Source: Planctomycetota bacterium (lineage in GTDB: Bacteria > Planctomycetota > UBA8108 > SXIK01). Taken from it: DNA of 64,000 bases. Of the stretch, positions 34,734-45,364 are shown piece by piece (the first letter of the stretch is position 1; the number at the start of each line of letters is the position of its first letter). The notes beneath the pieces are model-generated. The model did no database searches. It saw only the letters and a list, made by a program, of their open reading frames with translations, and was not told the origin of the DNA. The stretch lies in the NCBI GenBank assembly GCA_965223845.1, contig CBDCXR010000004.1:2848001-2912000 (forward strand), given 5' to 3'. The translations under genes and the position numbers were made by a program.

Positions 34734-36485
34734 TCACGGAGAATGCGCGACGAGCGAATGATATCGCCCGATGGCGAGTCGCGGGTGCGCTCGCCAGTCG
34801 CGCGTCCCGGGCCAGCGCACACGGACGTCGACCGTCTGGGTCCCCGCCGGAACTCCGTAGCGGACGCGCGGATCGTTTGACGCGAAGTAACTGCCGTCTC
34901 GCTGGACTTCGTGAATCCGCCGCCAATCCTCCGCGCGGAGCTCGACCAACGCGCCGTGCACGAGGCGTCCGCGAAGCGACAAGCCGATCCACGCGCGGCC
35001 ATCGCCGGCTCGGTTCTCGAGGAGCACGGCCGCCCCGCCGGCATGTGTGACGACGAGATCGCCGTCGCCGTCGTTGTCGTAGTCCGCCTCGGCGACGCAT
35101 CTCCCGGCGAGCGCGCGCCGAAACCAAGCACCGGACGTACTCGACACGTCGCGAAACCTACCGCGGCCGTCGTTCTCGAAGAGCAGATCGGGCTGCCGAT
35201 ACGTCACTCGCTCGCCGGGGTGGAACGCCTCGGCGTTGTCGAGGACGTGACCGTTCGCGACGTAGAGGTCGGGATCGCCATCGAGATCGTAGTCGAAGAA
35301 GCGCGCGCCGAACCCGAGCGGAAGGTAGCTGGCACGCGCGAGACCCGACTGCGCGGTGCCGTCGATGAAGAAATCACCCTGATTGAGGTAGAGCGTGTTC
35401 GTCTCTCGGCTGAAGTGCGTGAGGAAGTAGTCGAGTCGACCGTCGCTGTCGACGTCGGCGCGCGTGATTCCCATGCCCGCTTCCACTTCCCCGCCTTCGT
35501 TGAACGCGAAGCCGGTTTCGAGTGCGATGTCTTCGAAGCGAGCCGCGCCGAGGTTGCGCCAGAGCGTGTTTGCGACGGAATCGTTCGCGACGAGGATGTC
35601 CGGATCGCCGTCGCCGTCGAAGTCCGACGCGACGACACCGAGACCCTTCGCGGCAACTCGTCCCGAGACCGCACCGATCCCGCTCGCGCCGCTGACATCC
35701 CGGAAGCGGCCGCCGCCGAGATTGAGGTAGAGCCGATCGGCGACCCCGTCGAAACGCCGCGGATTGCAGTAGCTCGGAACCGCGCGCGTCGAACCGGGCG
35801 GCTTGGCCGGGCAGCCCGCGTGCTTCCGCGTGTCGTACGCGAGATAGCGCACGACATAAAGATCGAGATCGCCGTCCGCGTCGACATCGGTCCAGGTCGC
35901 GCTCGCAGACCACGACGGCGCCTCGTCGCGATCCGCGCTCAAGATCCCCGACTCCCGCGAAACGTCCACGAACCGGCCGCCATCGTTTCGGTAGAGTACG
36001 TCGGGGCCGTAGTTGGCGACAAAGAGATCCGGGGCGCCATCACCATCGAAGTCACCGACCGCGACGCCCATGCCGTATCCGCGGTCTCCGGCTCCGGCCG
36101 CGTCCGGTACGCGCTCGAAGCGACGGCCGCCGTCGTTTCGGTAGAGTACGTTCGGCGGATCTTCCTCCTGCGCGCGCTGCGTTCCGATGGCGTCGGGGTG
36201 GCCGTGCCCTTGGACGAGATAGAGATCGAGATCCCCGTCCCCGTCGTAGTCGATCCACGCGGCACCCGAGAGCATCGTCTCCGGGAGATATCGCTTCCCG
36301 GTCGCGCCGGTCATCGTGACGAACTCGATTCCAAGCTTCTTCGTCACGTCGACGAAAGCATCGTCTGCGTCCGCGCTCGTCGGTGCGGCGGAGATGAGCC
36401 CCGCGAAGACTACGGCGCGCGCGACCGCGGCGCAGCTCCGGACGGCGCCGGTCGCGCTCACGCGTCCTCCTCGACTCGCTGCCAC
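34734..36485 (-). CDS. CRTAC1-family FG-GAP + ASPIC/UnbV protein
   Basis: YLPETMLSGAAWIDYDGDGDLDLY, GYGMGVAVGDFDGDG, EAGMG, C-terminal SYFASNDPRVRYG..VRWPG. Confidence 0.9.
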   Translation of the reverse strand: MAASRGGRVSATGAVRSCAAVARAVVFAGLISAAPTSADADDAFVDVTKKLGIEFVTMTGATGKRYLPETMLSGAAWIDYDGDGDLDLYLVQGHGHPDAIGTQRAQEEDPPNVLYRNDGGRRFERVPDAAGAGDRGYGMGVAVGDFDGDGAPDLFVANYGPDVLYRNDGGRFVDVSRESGILSADRDEAPSWSASATWTDVDADGDLDLYVVRYLAYDTRKHAGCPAKPPGSTRAVPSYCNPRRFDGVADRLYLNLGGGRFRDVSGASGIGAVSGRVAAKGLGVVASDFDGDGDPDILVANDSVANTLWRNLGAARFEDIALETGFAFNEGGEVEAGMGITRADVDSDGRLDYFLTHFSRETNTLYLNQGDFFIDGTAQSGLARASYLPLGFGARFFDYDLDGDPDLYVANGHVLDNAEAFHPGERVTYRQPDLLFENDGRGRFRDVSSTSGAWFRRALAGRCVAEADYDNDGDGDLVVTHAGGAAVLLENRAGDGRAWIGLSLRGRLVHGALVELRAEDWRRIHEVQRDGSYFASNDPRVRYGVPAGTQTVDVRVRWPGTRDWRAHPRLAIGRYHSLVAHSP

Positions 36486-37168
36486 TCCCCGGCCAAAAGG
36501 AGCTCATGCGGACGGTACGCGGCTTTGTACGCCATCGACGAGCACTCGGCGACCCAGTAGCCGAGGTAGAAGTAGCGCATGCCACGCTCCTCGGCGACGC
36601 GAATCTCCGAGAGGATGTCGAACGTTCCGAGCGAGCGCGACGACAGCTCGGGATCGTGGAAGCCGTAAACCGAGCTCAACGACTCGCACCCTTCGTCCAC
36701 GTACGCGACCGCGACGAGTCGATCGGCAATCGAGTAGCGGAACTCGAGCGTCGGAACCGCATTCGCGAGGAACTGCCCGATGTACTCGAACGGGTCGCGC
36801 CGCGGCGCGGGCCAGTCGCGGCGCTCGTGGCGCGCGCGATGGAAGCGGTAGTAGAGGTCGAGTCGCTCCTCGTCGAGATCCGGCTCACCGATTTCGATCG
36901 ATACGTCCAGATTCCTCCGCAGAACGCGGCGCTGCGACTTCGACGGCCGAAACTCCGCGACGGGGACGCGGAGCGGGACACATTCGCGGCAGGCGGCGCA
37001 AACCGGTCGGAAATAGGAGTTCGCGAATCGCCGCACGCCGGCGGCGAGTTCGCGCTCGTGATCGGTGCTCGAAACTTCTGCGACCGAACGCACTTCGAGC
37101 TGCCAGGTGCGCCCGTCCAGATACGGACACGGCTCGGGGTCGGTGATGATTCGCGCTTCTTCCAGCAT
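36458..37168 (-). CDS. Arginyltransferase-family (ATE/Bpt) aminoacyl transferase
   Basis: CPYLDG, YFRPVCAACRECVPLRV, PSKSQRR, SLGTFDIL, YLGYWVAECSSMAYK; ATG 37168. Confidence 0.9.
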   Translation of the reverse strand: MLEEARIITDPEPCPYLDGRTWQLEVRSVAEVSSTDHERELAAGVRRFANSYFRPVCAACRECVPLRVPVAEFRPSKSQRRVLRRNLDVSIEIGEPDLDEERLDLYYRFHRARHERRDWPAPRRDPFEYIGQFLANAVPTLEFRYSIADRLVAVAYVDEGCESLSSVYGFHDPELSSRSLGTFDILSEIRVAEERGMRYFYLGYWVAECSSMAYKAAYRPHELLLAGEWQRVEEDA

Positions 37169-37206
37169 GTTGGCCCGATTCCGTCCCCCGCGGTCTGCTC
37201 GCCGCG

Positions 37207-39477
37207 TCAGTCTGCTACGCACTCCTCGTAGATCGCGCGATACGCGGCGAGCGCGACGTCGTACGCTTTCTTCGCCGCCTCCTTCTCCGCGGGTCGGATC
37301 CGCCGGTGCTTGCTTTCCCAGCACCGGTCGACGCCTTTGAGGCACCACTCGGCGCTCCGCCGCGACGCGCGGATGGGCTTCCCACCCACGTGGACGAACA
37401 CTGGATTCGTGTGCGAGCTCGGCAGAATCCTCAGTGCGATCCAGCTCGAGTACTCGACCGGGATCTTCAGCTCGACGTCGTTCATCTTGCCGTCGGCGAC
37501 GATTTCCCGTCGTGCCACCGGATAGCCGTTCACGACGACCTCGAGCGGAACGATGCGGCTCTCGCCGATGCGCGCACGCTCGATGTGCCAGTAGGGCTTC
37601 TGCGCGTAGGATCGATCGCGGAGACCGGGATTCGCCTTCTCGTCGAGGAGCGCGGCGACCTTCGCCTTCACCGTCACCGTGCCCGCAGCGTCCAGGTGCA
37701 CTTCGCTTTTCTTTGTTCCGACCTCGAGGCCGTCCACGCTGAAATCGATGAGGTGGCTCATGCCATCGCCGACATACGAGCGCCCGTTCTTGATCTCTTC
37801 GCAGTAGCGATCGAAGTCGAGTGCGCCGTCCATCTTGCAGTAGATGCGCCCGAGGCCGACGCGATCACCGTAGATGCAGGGGAAATCGGTTTCTCCGCTG
37901 ATCCGGGCGCGGAAACCACAGTTCAGCGTGTGGTACCAAATGTTGAGCTCCCACACGTAGGGCGTGTCGACCGACGAGATAAAATCGACCGCTCCGTGAA
38001 CGACGTCGACGATGTACTCGTTCGCCCCGATGCCATCGTAGGGCGGGATCACGTAGTTCGGGAGTTCTGCCGTATCGACCGCGAGCCCCCATCCCGAATG
38101 AGAGAAGCCGACGACTCCCCCCTGCTTCTGCGCCCACTGGAGAATCGGGAGATCCCAGCTCGGCCACTGTTCGACGCGCTCGGTCCCCGGGTAGTCGTCC
38201 TCCTTCAGACGGAGCAGGCAGAGATGACCGGCGTGATCCGAGGGGAATCCCGAGACCTCGACGTCGTAGCGCATCTTGTAGTTCTCGGTGCTGAGCTCGT
38301 TCACTCGCCCTTCGAAGAACTGCTTCTGGAAGTACCAGCAAGGACCCCACGTGAGCACGCAACCGATGTTGAGATCCTCTCCGAGCTGGTGGCGGAACAT
38401 GTCGTTCGGATTCACTCCCGCGGTGGGGCTCTCGTAGTGTAAACAGCCGCCGCCGTGGACGTGGTGGTCGCCGCTGTACCACCCGAGCTTCTTCGCATGG
38501 ATCCAGCGCTCGAGCGGGAACGATTCGCGGTGTGATTTCACCCCTTCGGGGATCACGACCTGTTTCTTCTTCACGCGGTACTCGGGGCCACGCGTATACG
38601 TGATTTCGTACTCGCCGGACGGGACGTGGATCGACTCGCCCGTGGCCCGGTAGACCTGAGGGTGAAAAAAGAAATCGGGCGCGAGGCGCCGCGACGGCGT
38701 CGGGTAGATCCGCCCGCGTTCGTCGCGCACGATGAAGGACGCCATCACCGGCTGGCCGTCTGTATCGCGCACGTCGAGTACGAGCTCAACGGACGGGACA
38801 CAGCGAAAGAGAATGTTCGCCTCGTTGCGAAAACCGATGTCCTGCGTTCCCTGTCCGACGTTGAAGCTGATCTTCGCTTCGCGGCGACCCGCGTCGCGCG
38901 AGTAGATCTCGACGATCCGGTACTCGAGCTCGAGCCCCGAAAGCCGCCGCTCGAGCGGCTGGCCGTTGTACATCCGGATGTCCATCCAGCGATCGCCCAC
39001 ATCGGCCGGTCTGATCGTGACGGGCGGGTCCTTGCTTCCCGTCGAACGCTTGTAGACCGGCGCGGCATTCGGGCTCTCGACGGCGAGCTCCGCCGTGACC
39101 CCCGCCTCGTTGTGAACGCGAACGAGGAACACGCGCCACCCCTGCATGACGAGCTCGGCCCGCGCCGGTCCGGCCGCGACTTTCACGCGACTCTCGGGAT
39201 TGATGTGGACTGCGGTGAGGACTCGCGGAGCGAGCACGCGCTGGATCTCTCTCACCGCGCGCGATCCGTCCGCATCGTCGAGCGCGGCCTCGAGGGCGTC
39301 CTTCTGCACGCTCGAGAGCGGGCTGCCGACGTACGCGAGTGCCTCGGCAACTCTCTTCACCTGGGCCTTGAGCGGCTGCGCGTCGACGCCCGAGACTACC
39401 GCCAGCTCTTCCGCCGAAGTTCCGACGCTGACGAGCACGATCGCCGCGGCGACGAAGATCTCTCCGAACTTTCTCAT
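37207..39477 (-). CDS. CehA/McbA-like PHP metallohydrolase, exported
   Basis: Signal peptide; INPESRVKV, RLAPDFFFHPQVYR, GWYSGDHHVH, SGETDFPCI, SHTNPVFV; ATG 39477. Confidence 0.8.
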   Translation of the reverse strand: MRKFGEIFVAAAIVLVSVGTSAEELAVVSGVDAQPLKAQVKRVAEALAYVGSPLSSVQKDALEAALDDADGSRAVREIQRVLAPRVLTAVHINPESRVKVAAGPARAELVMQGWRVFLVRVHNEAGVTAELAVESPNAAPVYKRSTGSKDPPVTIRPADVGDRWMDIRMYNGQPLERRLSGLELEYRIVEIYSRDAGRREAKISFNVGQGTQDIGFRNEANILFRCVPSVELVLDVRDTDGQPVMASFIVRDERGRIYPTPSRRLAPDFFFHPQVYRATGESIHVPSGEYEITYTRGPEYRVKKKQVVIPEGVKSHRESFPLERWIHAKKLGWYSGDHHVHGGGCLHYESPTAGVNPNDMFRHQLGEDLNIGCVLTWGPCWYFQKQFFEGRVNELSTENYKMRYDVEVSGFPSDHAGHLCLLRLKEDDYPGTERVEQWPSWDLPILQWAQKQGGVVGFSHSGWGLAVDTAELPNYVIPPYDGIGANEYIVDVVHGAVDFISSVDTPYVWELNIWYHTLNCGFRARISGETDFPCIYGDRVGLGRIYCKMDGALDFDRYCEEIKNGRSYVGDGMSHLIDFSVDGLEVGTKKSEVHLDAAGTVTVKAKVAALLDEKANPGLRDRSYAQKPYWHIERARIGESRIVPLEVVVNGYPVARREIVADGKMNDVELKIPVEYSSWIALRILPSSHTNPVFVHVGGKPIRASRRSAEWCLKGVDRCWESKHRRIRPAEKEAAKKAYDVALAAYRAIYEECVAD

Positions 39478-39611
39478 GATGCTCTCCCTACCCGAGCGTC
39501 TCCGGACGGCGTCGCAGTCCGGACCATCGTTCCCACGATCGGAACTCCGCCGGTGAACATTTCGCCGACGGATTCGCATCGTACCCGCAAAGCCCGCGCG
39601 CAGCGGATCGA

Positions 39612-41030
39612 TTACGCGATGATCTCCCGGATCACGCGGCCGTGCACGTCGGTCAGCCGGAAGTCACGGCCCTGGAACCGATACGTGAGACGCTCGTGAT
39701 CGACTCCGAGGAGATGCAGCATCGTCGCATGAAAGTCGTGCATGTGGACGATGTTCTCGACCGCGTTGTAGCCGTAGTCGTCCGTCGCGCCGTAACTCGT
39801 TCCGCCGCGGATCCCGCCGCCGGCCATCCACCACGAGAATCCGCGGATGTGATGGTCGCGACCGTTTCCCTGCGCCATCGGCGTCCGTCCGAACTCTCCG
39901 CCCCAGACGACGAGCGTGTCTTCGAGCATGCCGCGCTGCTTGAGATCCTTGACGAGCGCCGCCGCCGCGCGGTCGACGTAGCGCGCAGTCGTCCGCACGC
40001 CGCTTCCTACGCCGCCGTGGTGATCCCACCCGCGATGGTAGAGCTGGACGAATCGCACGCCGCGCTCCGCCATTCGCCGCGCGAGAAGGCAGTTCGATGC
40101 GAAGGTGCCGTCCGGGCGCTCGACACCGTAGAGATCGCGGACCGCTTGCGGTTCCGACGAGAAATCGACGAGCTCCGGCACACTCGACTGCATGCGAAAC
40201 GCCATCTCGTACTGACTGATGCGCGTCGCGATCTCGGGATCTGCGAGGCGCGCGTCGAGGCGACGATTGAGCGCGCTCACCGCGTCGACGACGACTCGCT
40301 GTCCCTCCCGAGAGACACCCGGCGGCCGACTCAGGTAGAGGACCGGGTCGCCCTTCGATTGGAACTGAACGCCCTGGAACCGGCTCGGGAGGAAACCCGC
40401 CTGCCACTGGCGCGAGGCGATCGGCTGATCCTGCGCGCCCCCCACCGACACGAGCACGACGAAACCCGGCAGATTGCGCGACTCGTTGCCGAGTCCATAC
40501 CAGAGCCACGAGCCCATGCTCGGGCGTCCGGAGATCGACGTTCCCGTGTTCATGAACGTGTGGGCCGGATCGTGATTGATCTGTTCCGTCCGCATCGATC
40601 GGAGGATGCAGATGTCGTCCGCGATCGAGCCGATCTGCGGAAACGCCTCCGAGATCTGCTGTCCCGAAGCGCCGAAGCGCTGGAACGGTATCTGCGGCCC
40701 GAGGCAGGTCAGTTTTCTTCCCTGGAGCTGCGCGATCGGCTGGCCTTCGGTGATCGACTTCGGCATCGGCTGACCGTTGGCCGCGGCCAGCTTCGGCTTG
40801 TAGTCGAGCGTTTCGAGGTGCGAGGCGCCGCCCGCCATGACGAGAAAGATCACGCGCTTCGCGCGCGGCCTGAAGTGACGCCCGACCGGGATCGGCTCTC
40901 CCGCGACGTCGCTCTGTAGGAGAGACGAGAGCGCGATCGTCCCCATCCCGGCCGCGGTCTGGCCGAGGAAGGTTCGGCGGGAAACTGCCGTGCGCAGCGG
41001 ATCGAGTTCGGGGGTCGACTGCAGATTCAT
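39612..41030 (-). CDS. DUF1501 protein (Tat-exported)
   Basis: SRRTFL, RAKRVIFLVMAGGASHLET, GRPSMGSW, GWDHHG, GGEFGRTP, GRDHH; ATG 41030. Confidence 0.93.
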   Translation of the reverse strand: MNLQSTPELDPLRTAVSRRTFLGQTAAGMGTIALSSLLQSDVAGEPIPVGRHFRPRAKRVIFLVMAGGASHLETLDYKPKLAAANGQPMPKSITEGQPIAQLQGRKLTCLGPQIPFQRFGASGQQISEAFPQIGSIADDICILRSMRTEQINHDPAHTFMNTGTSISGRPSMGSWLWYGLGNESRNLPGFVVLVSVGGAQDQPIASRQWQAGFLPSRFQGVQFQSKGDPVLYLSRPPGVSREGQRVVVDAVSALNRRLDARLADPEIATRISQYEMAFRMQSSVPELVDFSSEPQAVRDLYGVERPDGTFASNCLLARRMAERGVRFVQLYHRGWDHHGGVGSGVRTTARYVDRAAAALVKDLKQRGMLEDTLVVWGGEFGRTPMAQGNGRDHHIRGFSWWMAGGGIRGGTSYGATDDYGYNAVENIVHMHDFHATMLHLLGVDHERLTYRFQGRDFRLTDVHGRVIREIIA

Positions 41031-41037
41031 CGCTCGT

Positions 41038-44034
41038 TTAGTTCCGCGTGATGGTCTCGTGGAGATTGAAGAGGACGCGCGCGACGGCCGTCCAGGCCGC
41101 GAGCTCGACCGATTCTTCGCCCTTGGCGCCGACGAGTCGCCCGGCCGCTTCGGCGTCCGCGGCGTATGCGCGCTGCTCACTCGCGTAAACGGTCTGGAGA
41201 ATCGCGAGCTCGTTCGCGTCCGGACGGCGTGATGTCGTCTCGACGAAGGCCCACTCGATACGCGCGTCGGTGGACGCTCCGCCTTCATCGAGAATGCGCC
41301 GAGCGAACGCGACCGCCGCTTCGACGTAGCTCGGGTCGTTGAGAAGGACGAGCGCCTGCTGCGGAATGTTCGAGCGCGGACGCTCGGCCGTGCACTCCTC
41401 ACGGTTCGGGGCGTCGAACGCCATGAGGCTCGGATGGAGAAACGAGCGCTGCCACCACGTGTAGAGCCCGCGGCGGTAGCGGCTCTCGCCGTCGTCGGCC
41501 TTCCACTGCCGCTTCGGGAAATTGAGGTGCGCCCAGTACCCGACGGGCTGGTGCGGCTTCACACTGCGTCCGCCGATTCGCCGCGCGAGGAGTCCGGAGT
41601 GTGCGAGCGCTGTGTCGCGCACGAACTCCGCGTCGATCCGCCAGCGCGACTGACGCGCGAGGAGCTGATTGTAGGGATCGCGCTCCGCCGCGGTCGCCGT
41701 CGCGATCGAACTCTGGCGGTACGTCGACGAAAGAAGCATGAGCCGGATCATGTGCTTCACGTTCCAGCCGCTCTCGACGAACTCGACCGCGAGCCAGTCG
41801 AGAAGCTCGGGATGTGTCGGCGGCAGTCCCATCGCGCCGAGATCGTCGAGGCGCGACGAAAGACCGGCGCCGAAGAAGAGCTTCCAGAGTCGATTGACGA
41901 AGACGCGCGCGGTGAGCGGATGGTCGCTCGCGACGAGCCAGCGCGCGAGATCGAGGCGTGTCGCGCGCCGATCTCCCGTGTCCAGCTGGCCGAGAAAGGC
42001 AGGAATCGCGGGCGCGACGACGTCGCCGGTCGTGTCCATCCAGTCTCCGCGGAAGAGCACGCGAACGATGCGCGGTTCGGCCGGGGCCGAAACGACGCAC
42101 CGCGCCATCGAACCTTCGAGCTTCTTCTTCTCCGCCTCGACGCTCGTGCGCTCCTTGCGCGCGTCCTCGAGGTGTGGAGCGATCGAACGGTAGTGCTTCG
42201 CAATCACCGCACGTTGTGCGTCGTTCCGCTCGTCCACCGCAACTTCGAGCGCCGCACGGACGTCGTCCGGAACACTCCCCCCACCTTCGACGACCCGAAA
42301 GTAGAAACCGTGCCCGCCGGAGCCGTTGTTCACCTTGACGAGTAGATCGTTCACTCCCTCCTTGAGCGGCGCGGCGACCTTGTCTTGGTCGGGAGCGACA
42401 CCCCGGAGGATCTCCTTCGAGAGAATCTCCGAGCCGTTCAGCCAGACGCGGATTCCGTCGTCGCTGCCGAACGACAAATCGACGCTCCGCGGGGCGTCCG
42501 ATTCGATCGTGCGATAGAGGTACGTCGCGGAGTTTTGCCCGCTCAGCTCGTGAGCTTTTCCGTCGACCCACTCCTCTCGCTTTCGCCAGCGGCGTGCGTC
42601 TCCCTCGCCAAAGCTCGCCCCGAGATCGACTCGGGCGCCGGGGCCTCCGGCGGCGCCGCTCTCTTCCGGCGGAAACGCCGTTCGAAACGCCGCCGAGGCG
42701 TTCTCGGCAGCGAACGGTCCGACGGAATGCCACACGCCGAGGCGCGGGGGCGGCTGTTCGGCGAGTACCTGCGATTCCCAGGCGCGCTGATCGCGTTCGA
42801 TCTCACGGCGGAGATCGTCCGGCGGATCGTCGATGCGACTTCGAAGCTCGTCGAGCTTCGCCGTGAGCCGAGCGAGCTGCACCTCGTCGTCGGGCGATGG
42901 AACCGGAATCCCGGCGTCGCGATCCATGATCGGCGCCTCGCGGATGTCCGCGAAGAAGGCGCCGAGCGAGTAGAAATCGCGCGCGGTGTACGGATCGAAC
43001 TTGTGGTCGTGGCACTCGGCGCAGCCGACGGTCGCGCCCATCCAGACGGCGGAGATGTTGCGCACGCGATCCGATTGGTTCTTCGCCTCGTACTCCTTCG
43101 GCTGCGCGCCGCCTTCCTCGGTCGTCTGATTGAGCTTGTTGTAACAGGACGCCACGCGCTGCCATACGGTGGGTTCAGGGAGCAGATCCCCCGCGAGCTG
43201 CTCGATCGTGAACTCGTCGAACGGCTGGTTCTCGTTGAAAGATCGAATGACGTAGTCGCGATACGGGGTCACGTTTCGCGGGTTGTCGCTGTGGTAGCCG
43301 CGCGTATCGGCGAACCGAACGAGGTCGAGCCAAAAGACGGCCATACGCTCGCCGTAGTGCGGCGAGGCGAGAAGGCGTTCGACGGCTTTTTCGTACGCGT
43401 CGGCGGAGGCGTCGAGCAAAAACGCATCGAGCTCCTCGCGCGTAGGCGGAAGCCCAGTGAGGTCGAAACTCAGACGCCGAAGGAGCGTACGCCGATCGGC
43501 GGCGGGCGATGGCGCGAGCTTCTCGCGCTCGAGTCGCGCGAGGATAAACCGATCGATCGCGTTCCGCGTCCACTCGGCTCGTTCGGGATCCGGGACCTTC
43601 GGCTGATCGGGGACGACGTACGCCCAGTGCTTCGCCCACTCCGCGCCCTCTTCGATCCAAGCCCGAAGAGTCCGGATCTGCGCTTCGCTGAGCGCGGGTG
43701 CGATGTCCGCGGGCGGCATTCGCTCGGACGGATCCGTCGAGCTCACGCGCGAGATGAGCGCGCTCGAGTCCGGATCACCCGCGACGAGCGCGCGGTGTCC
43801 GCTCTTCAGTGCCGCAAACGCCGCGGTCCGGTCGTCGAGCCGCAGTCCGGCCTCCCGCTTCCCCGCATCGGGTCCGTGGCAGCGGTAACAGTTCTCGGCG
43901 AGGATCGGACGAACGTCTCGATTGTAGTCGACTTTCTTCGCCGACTCGTCGCCGCACACGCCCGCGAGCGGGGCGAGCGCAGCGAGAACGAGCGGGCCGA
44001 TGCCGCGGACGAAGGGGCGGGAGCAGAAAACCAT
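41038..44034 (-). CDS. Planctomycete cytochrome c (PSCyt1)-DUF1549-DUF1553(PSD1) protein with a PA14-like insert
   Basis: YNRDVRPILAENCYRCHGPD, CAECHDHKFDP, PTHPELLDWLA, PQQALVLLND; insert GSDDGIRVWLNG; ATG 44034. Confidence 0.93.
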   Translation of the reverse strand: MVFCSRPFVRGIGPLVLAALAPLAGVCGDESAKKVDYNRDVRPILAENCYRCHGPDAGKREAGLRLDDRTAAFAALKSGHRALVAGDPDSSALISRVSSTDPSERMPPADIAPALSEAQIRTLRAWIEEGAEWAKHWAYVVPDQPKVPDPERAEWTRNAIDRFILARLEREKLAPSPAADRRTLLRRLSFDLTGLPPTREELDAFLLDASADAYEKAVERLLASPHYGERMAVFWLDLVRFADTRGYHSDNPRNVTPYRDYVIRSFNENQPFDEFTIEQLAGDLLPEPTVWQRVASCYNKLNQTTEEGGAQPKEYEAKNQSDRVRNISAVWMGATVGCAECHDHKFDPYTARDFYSLGAFFADIREAPIMDRDAGIPVPSPDDEVQLARLTAKLDELRSRIDDPPDDLRREIERDQRAWESQVLAEQPPPRLGVWHSVGPFAAENASAAFRTAFPPEESGAAGGPGARVDLGASFGEGDARRWRKREEWVDGKAHELSGQNSATYLYRTIESDAPRSVDLSFGSDDGIRVWLNGSEILSKEILRGVAPDQDKVAAPLKEGVNDLLVKVNNGSGGHGFYFRVVEGGGSVPDDVRAALEVAVDERNDAQRAVIAKHYRSIAPHLEDARKERTSVEAEKKKLEGSMARCVVSAPAEPRIVRVLFRGDWMDTTGDVVAPAIPAFLGQLDTGDRRATRLDLARWLVASDHPLTARVFVNRLWKLFFGAGLSSRLDDLGAMGLPPTHPELLDWLAVEFVESGWNVKHMIRLMLLSSTYRQSSIATATAAERDPYNQLLARQSRWRIDAEFVRDTALAHSGLLARRIGGRSVKPHQPVGYWAHLNFPKRQWKADDGESRYRRGLYTWWQRSFLHPSLMAFDAPNREECTAERPRSNIPQQALVLLNDPSYVEAAVAFARRILDEGGASTDARIEWAFVETTSRRPDANELAILQTVYASEQRAYAADAEAAGRLVGAKGEESVELAAWTAVARVLFNLHETITRN

Positions 44035-44277
44035 CGTGTCTCGATCTCGGGTCTTCGGGCGATTGCCAACGCTCGTGCTCGACCTCGAGCGAAAACCCCG
44101 TGCCGAGCGAGACGGTGATACGCCCCCGCTCGGCGAGAGCGTTGGGGGAAAGTCAGCGGGTCCATAATAGGGCGAAGACCGCGCGAGACGTCGAGCGAAA
44201 ACCGTGCCGGGCGCGGTAGACGAGTCGCTCGAGCGCCGGATCACGGCACGGTATCCGGGCCCACGATAGATCAGTCC

Positions 44278-44364
44278 ACTGGCCCGTCGAGATCGGTGGC
44301 GATCATCCCGGACGAGAAGAAGATCGTCTCTTGCAGCGACGGAGTCGCGATCTGGGACGTCGAG
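44278..44364 (+). pseudogene. Isolated WD40-repeat relic
   Basis: TGPSRSVAIIPDEKKIVSCSDGVAIWDVE resembles the HTGPVRSVAFSPDGKKIVSGS-DGTVRIWDV consensus; no continuation. Confidence 0.4.
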
Positions 44365-44548
44365 CCGACTCGAGATCGTCACCCTCGCCTCTCCAGACGA
44401 GGGCCGATTCCTCTCGGTCGACTGGTCGCCGGACCGCCGGCGCGTAGTCGCGGGGCAAGCCGACGGATCCGTGCACGTCTGGACAGTGCGTCCGTCGCTG
44501 TCCGCCGCCCGGTGATCGAGATCCGCTCAGCCGCGATCGATTCGGCCG

Positions 44549-45274
44549 TCACTCGGCCCCGTCCGCCTCGCCCCGCTCGTCGCGGTCACTCACAACTTCG
44601 CCGTCGTGGAACCTCACGACGCGCTCGGTAATGTGCGCGATGCGATCCTCGTGCGTGACCATGACGATCGTTTTCCCCCGGTCGTGGAGGTTGCGGAGGA
44701 TCGCGAGGATCTCGTCCTCCGTCGACGAGTCGAGATTTCCCGTCGGCTCGTCCGCGAGGATGACGAGCGGATCGTTCGCAAGCGAGCGCGCGATCGCCAC
44801 GCGCTGTTGCTGACCACCGGAAAGCTGCGGCGGACGGTGCTCGTGACGGTCGGCGAGACCGACGAGCTCCGCGAGCTCCATCGCGCGCTCCCGGCTCTCC
44901 TTGGGGCTGAGGCCCCGGTAGAAGAGTGGCACCTCGATGTTCTCGAGAACGGAGAGCTGCGGAATCAGGTTGTAGGACTGAAAGATGAAACCGATCTTGG
45001 CGTTTCGGACGTCGGAGAGCGCGTCGTCGCTCAGCATCGAGACGTCGTCACCGCCGAGGTAGTACCGTCCCTCGGTCGGACGATCGAGACAGCCGAGGAG
45101 GTTGAGGAGCGTCGACTTCCCGGAGCCCGACGGCCCCATGATCGCGACGAGCTCGCCTTCTCCGATCGAAAGGTCGACCGAGCGAAGAGCCTGAACGACA
45201 CCGCTCTCGAGGACGTAGTCCTTTGAAAGATTCTCGATCTGAATGATGGGTTTCGTTGCGACGGCGTCGGTCAC
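44549..45274 (-). CDS. LolD/MacB-type ABC transporter ATP-binding protein
   Basis: GPSGSGKST, LSGGQQQRVAIAR, ILADEPTGNLD, VTHE. Confidence 0.95.
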   Translation of the reverse strand: MTDAVATKPIIQIENLSKDYVLESGVVQALRSVDLSIGEGELVAIMGPSGSGKSTLLNLLGCLDRPTEGRYYLGGDDVSMLSDDALSDVRNAKIGFIFQSYNLIPQLSVLENIEVPLFYRGLSPKESRERAMELAELVGLADRHEHRPPQLSGGQQQRVAIARSLANDPLVILADEPTGNLDSSTEDEILAILRNLHDRGKTIVMVTHEDRIAHITERVVRFHDGEVVSDRDERGEADGAE

Positions 45275-45364
45275 CGCTGGTTCTCCTCAGGATTGTCGAG
45301 TCGTCAAGTGCGCGGCGAGATGAACCCCGCCGCGCCTCGATCGCTGTCCTCGAATTTCCGCGCG

